A DNA stretch of 64,000 nucleotides from an uncultured Pseudomonadota bacterium (GTDB lineage: Bacteria > Oederibacteriota > Muellerivitia > Muellerivitales > Muellerivitaceae), in contig CAWIIP010000004.1 of the NCBI GenBank assembly GCA_963836235.1, positions 384,001 through 448,000 of the forward strand, given 5' to 3'. The position numbers and the translations under genes were made by a program. The notes under the pieces are model-generated. The model searched no databases and had not been told where the DNA came from. It saw only the letters and a list, made by a program, of their open reading frames with translations. Positions 63,577-64,000 of the stretch are shown here, in pieces. The first letter of the stretch is position 1; each line of letters opens with the position of its first letter.

Positions 63577-64000
63577 ATGAAACCCATGTTGCGAGCCGGA
63601 AAATACATTACATTTACGACACTGATTTCGGTCCTCTTCCTCGCCCTCCAGGCGAAAGCGGGGAACGATTCTTCCCAGTTCAGCCTTAGCCTGGACGCCC
63701 AGGGTGAGGTTCTTGCGCCTCCTGGTTTTTCAAGTCTACCCCCTTATTCATTCAATCAAAGTTATACGGCTATTGGCGGGGCTGTTTTTGCCGATTGGCG
63801 CCCGGTACGGTTGATTTCCTTTGGAGTGGGCTTGGAGGATTTTTATTTACCTTCCAACCCAACTTATAAACTGGGTTCCTTCGATTTGGGCGGACGAATT
63901 TTTCCTTTTGCTACTGCCGATGGCGAAGTTTATTTTCAGGGTGGATTAGGCTTAAATCTGAATCTCATACCACCCACCACCTATGGCCATTACCACGGAT
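63577..64000 (+). CDS. Putative outer-membrane beta-barrel protein, truncated by the window end
   Basis: Open frame translated by hand (absent from the ORF track): signal peptide ending AKA, then amphipathic strands (FSLSLD, ISFGVGLE, FDLGGRIF, VYFQGGLG). Confidence 0.6.
   Translation, partial: MKPMLRAGKYITFTTLISVLFLALQAKAGNDSSQFSLSLDAQGEVLAPPGFSSLPPYSFNQSYTAIGGAVFADWRPVRLISFGVGLEDFYLPSNPTYKLGSFDLGGRIFPFATADGEVYFQGGLGLNLNLIPPTTYGHYHG

Overview
Core chromosomal region of a moderately GC-rich diderm bacterium. The secreted proteins with Thr-rich stalks and FlgD-Ig/T9SS-like C-terminal domains resemble those of candidate phyla such as FCPU426 (inference only). Contents: a polysaccharide/sugar-nucleotide cluster (GT4, WcaJ-type transferase, epimerase, NDP-sugar pyrophosphorylase, two tandem clan-A glycoside hydrolases, PGM/PMM); a GT2 plus BshC-like pair; dut; GH5; an LpoA-like lipoprotein; hisS-aspS; GH36; phoH-ybeY-CNNM-PHP-era-pyk-arsC; a sigma54-driven degenerate EAL protein; a MacAB/LolCDE-type ABC system; a PyrR-attenuated pyrR-pyrB-pyrC-carA-carB operon; an S53 protease; cobO; a di-heme cytochrome c; csp; a CBM-GH; queE-queC; and a ~1.7 kaa beta-propeller/Kelch surface protein. 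No integrase, transposase, CRISPR array, rRNA or intact tRNA was found. The most unusual signal is a set of scars inside housekeeping operons: a synonymously diverged second copy of the carA 3' end between two small zinc-ribbon membrane genes, a diverged second copy of the PHP gene 5' end, two palindromic arrays of 5+5 heptamer repeats at gene junctions, AT-rich ORFs at operon junctions, and AT-rich patches inside hisS and pyrC. Together these suggest a mechanism that adds or swaps small cassettes inside operons. Other leads are a T9SS-like sorting signal, a possible non-canonical bacillithiol-like pathway and an orphan structured RNA.
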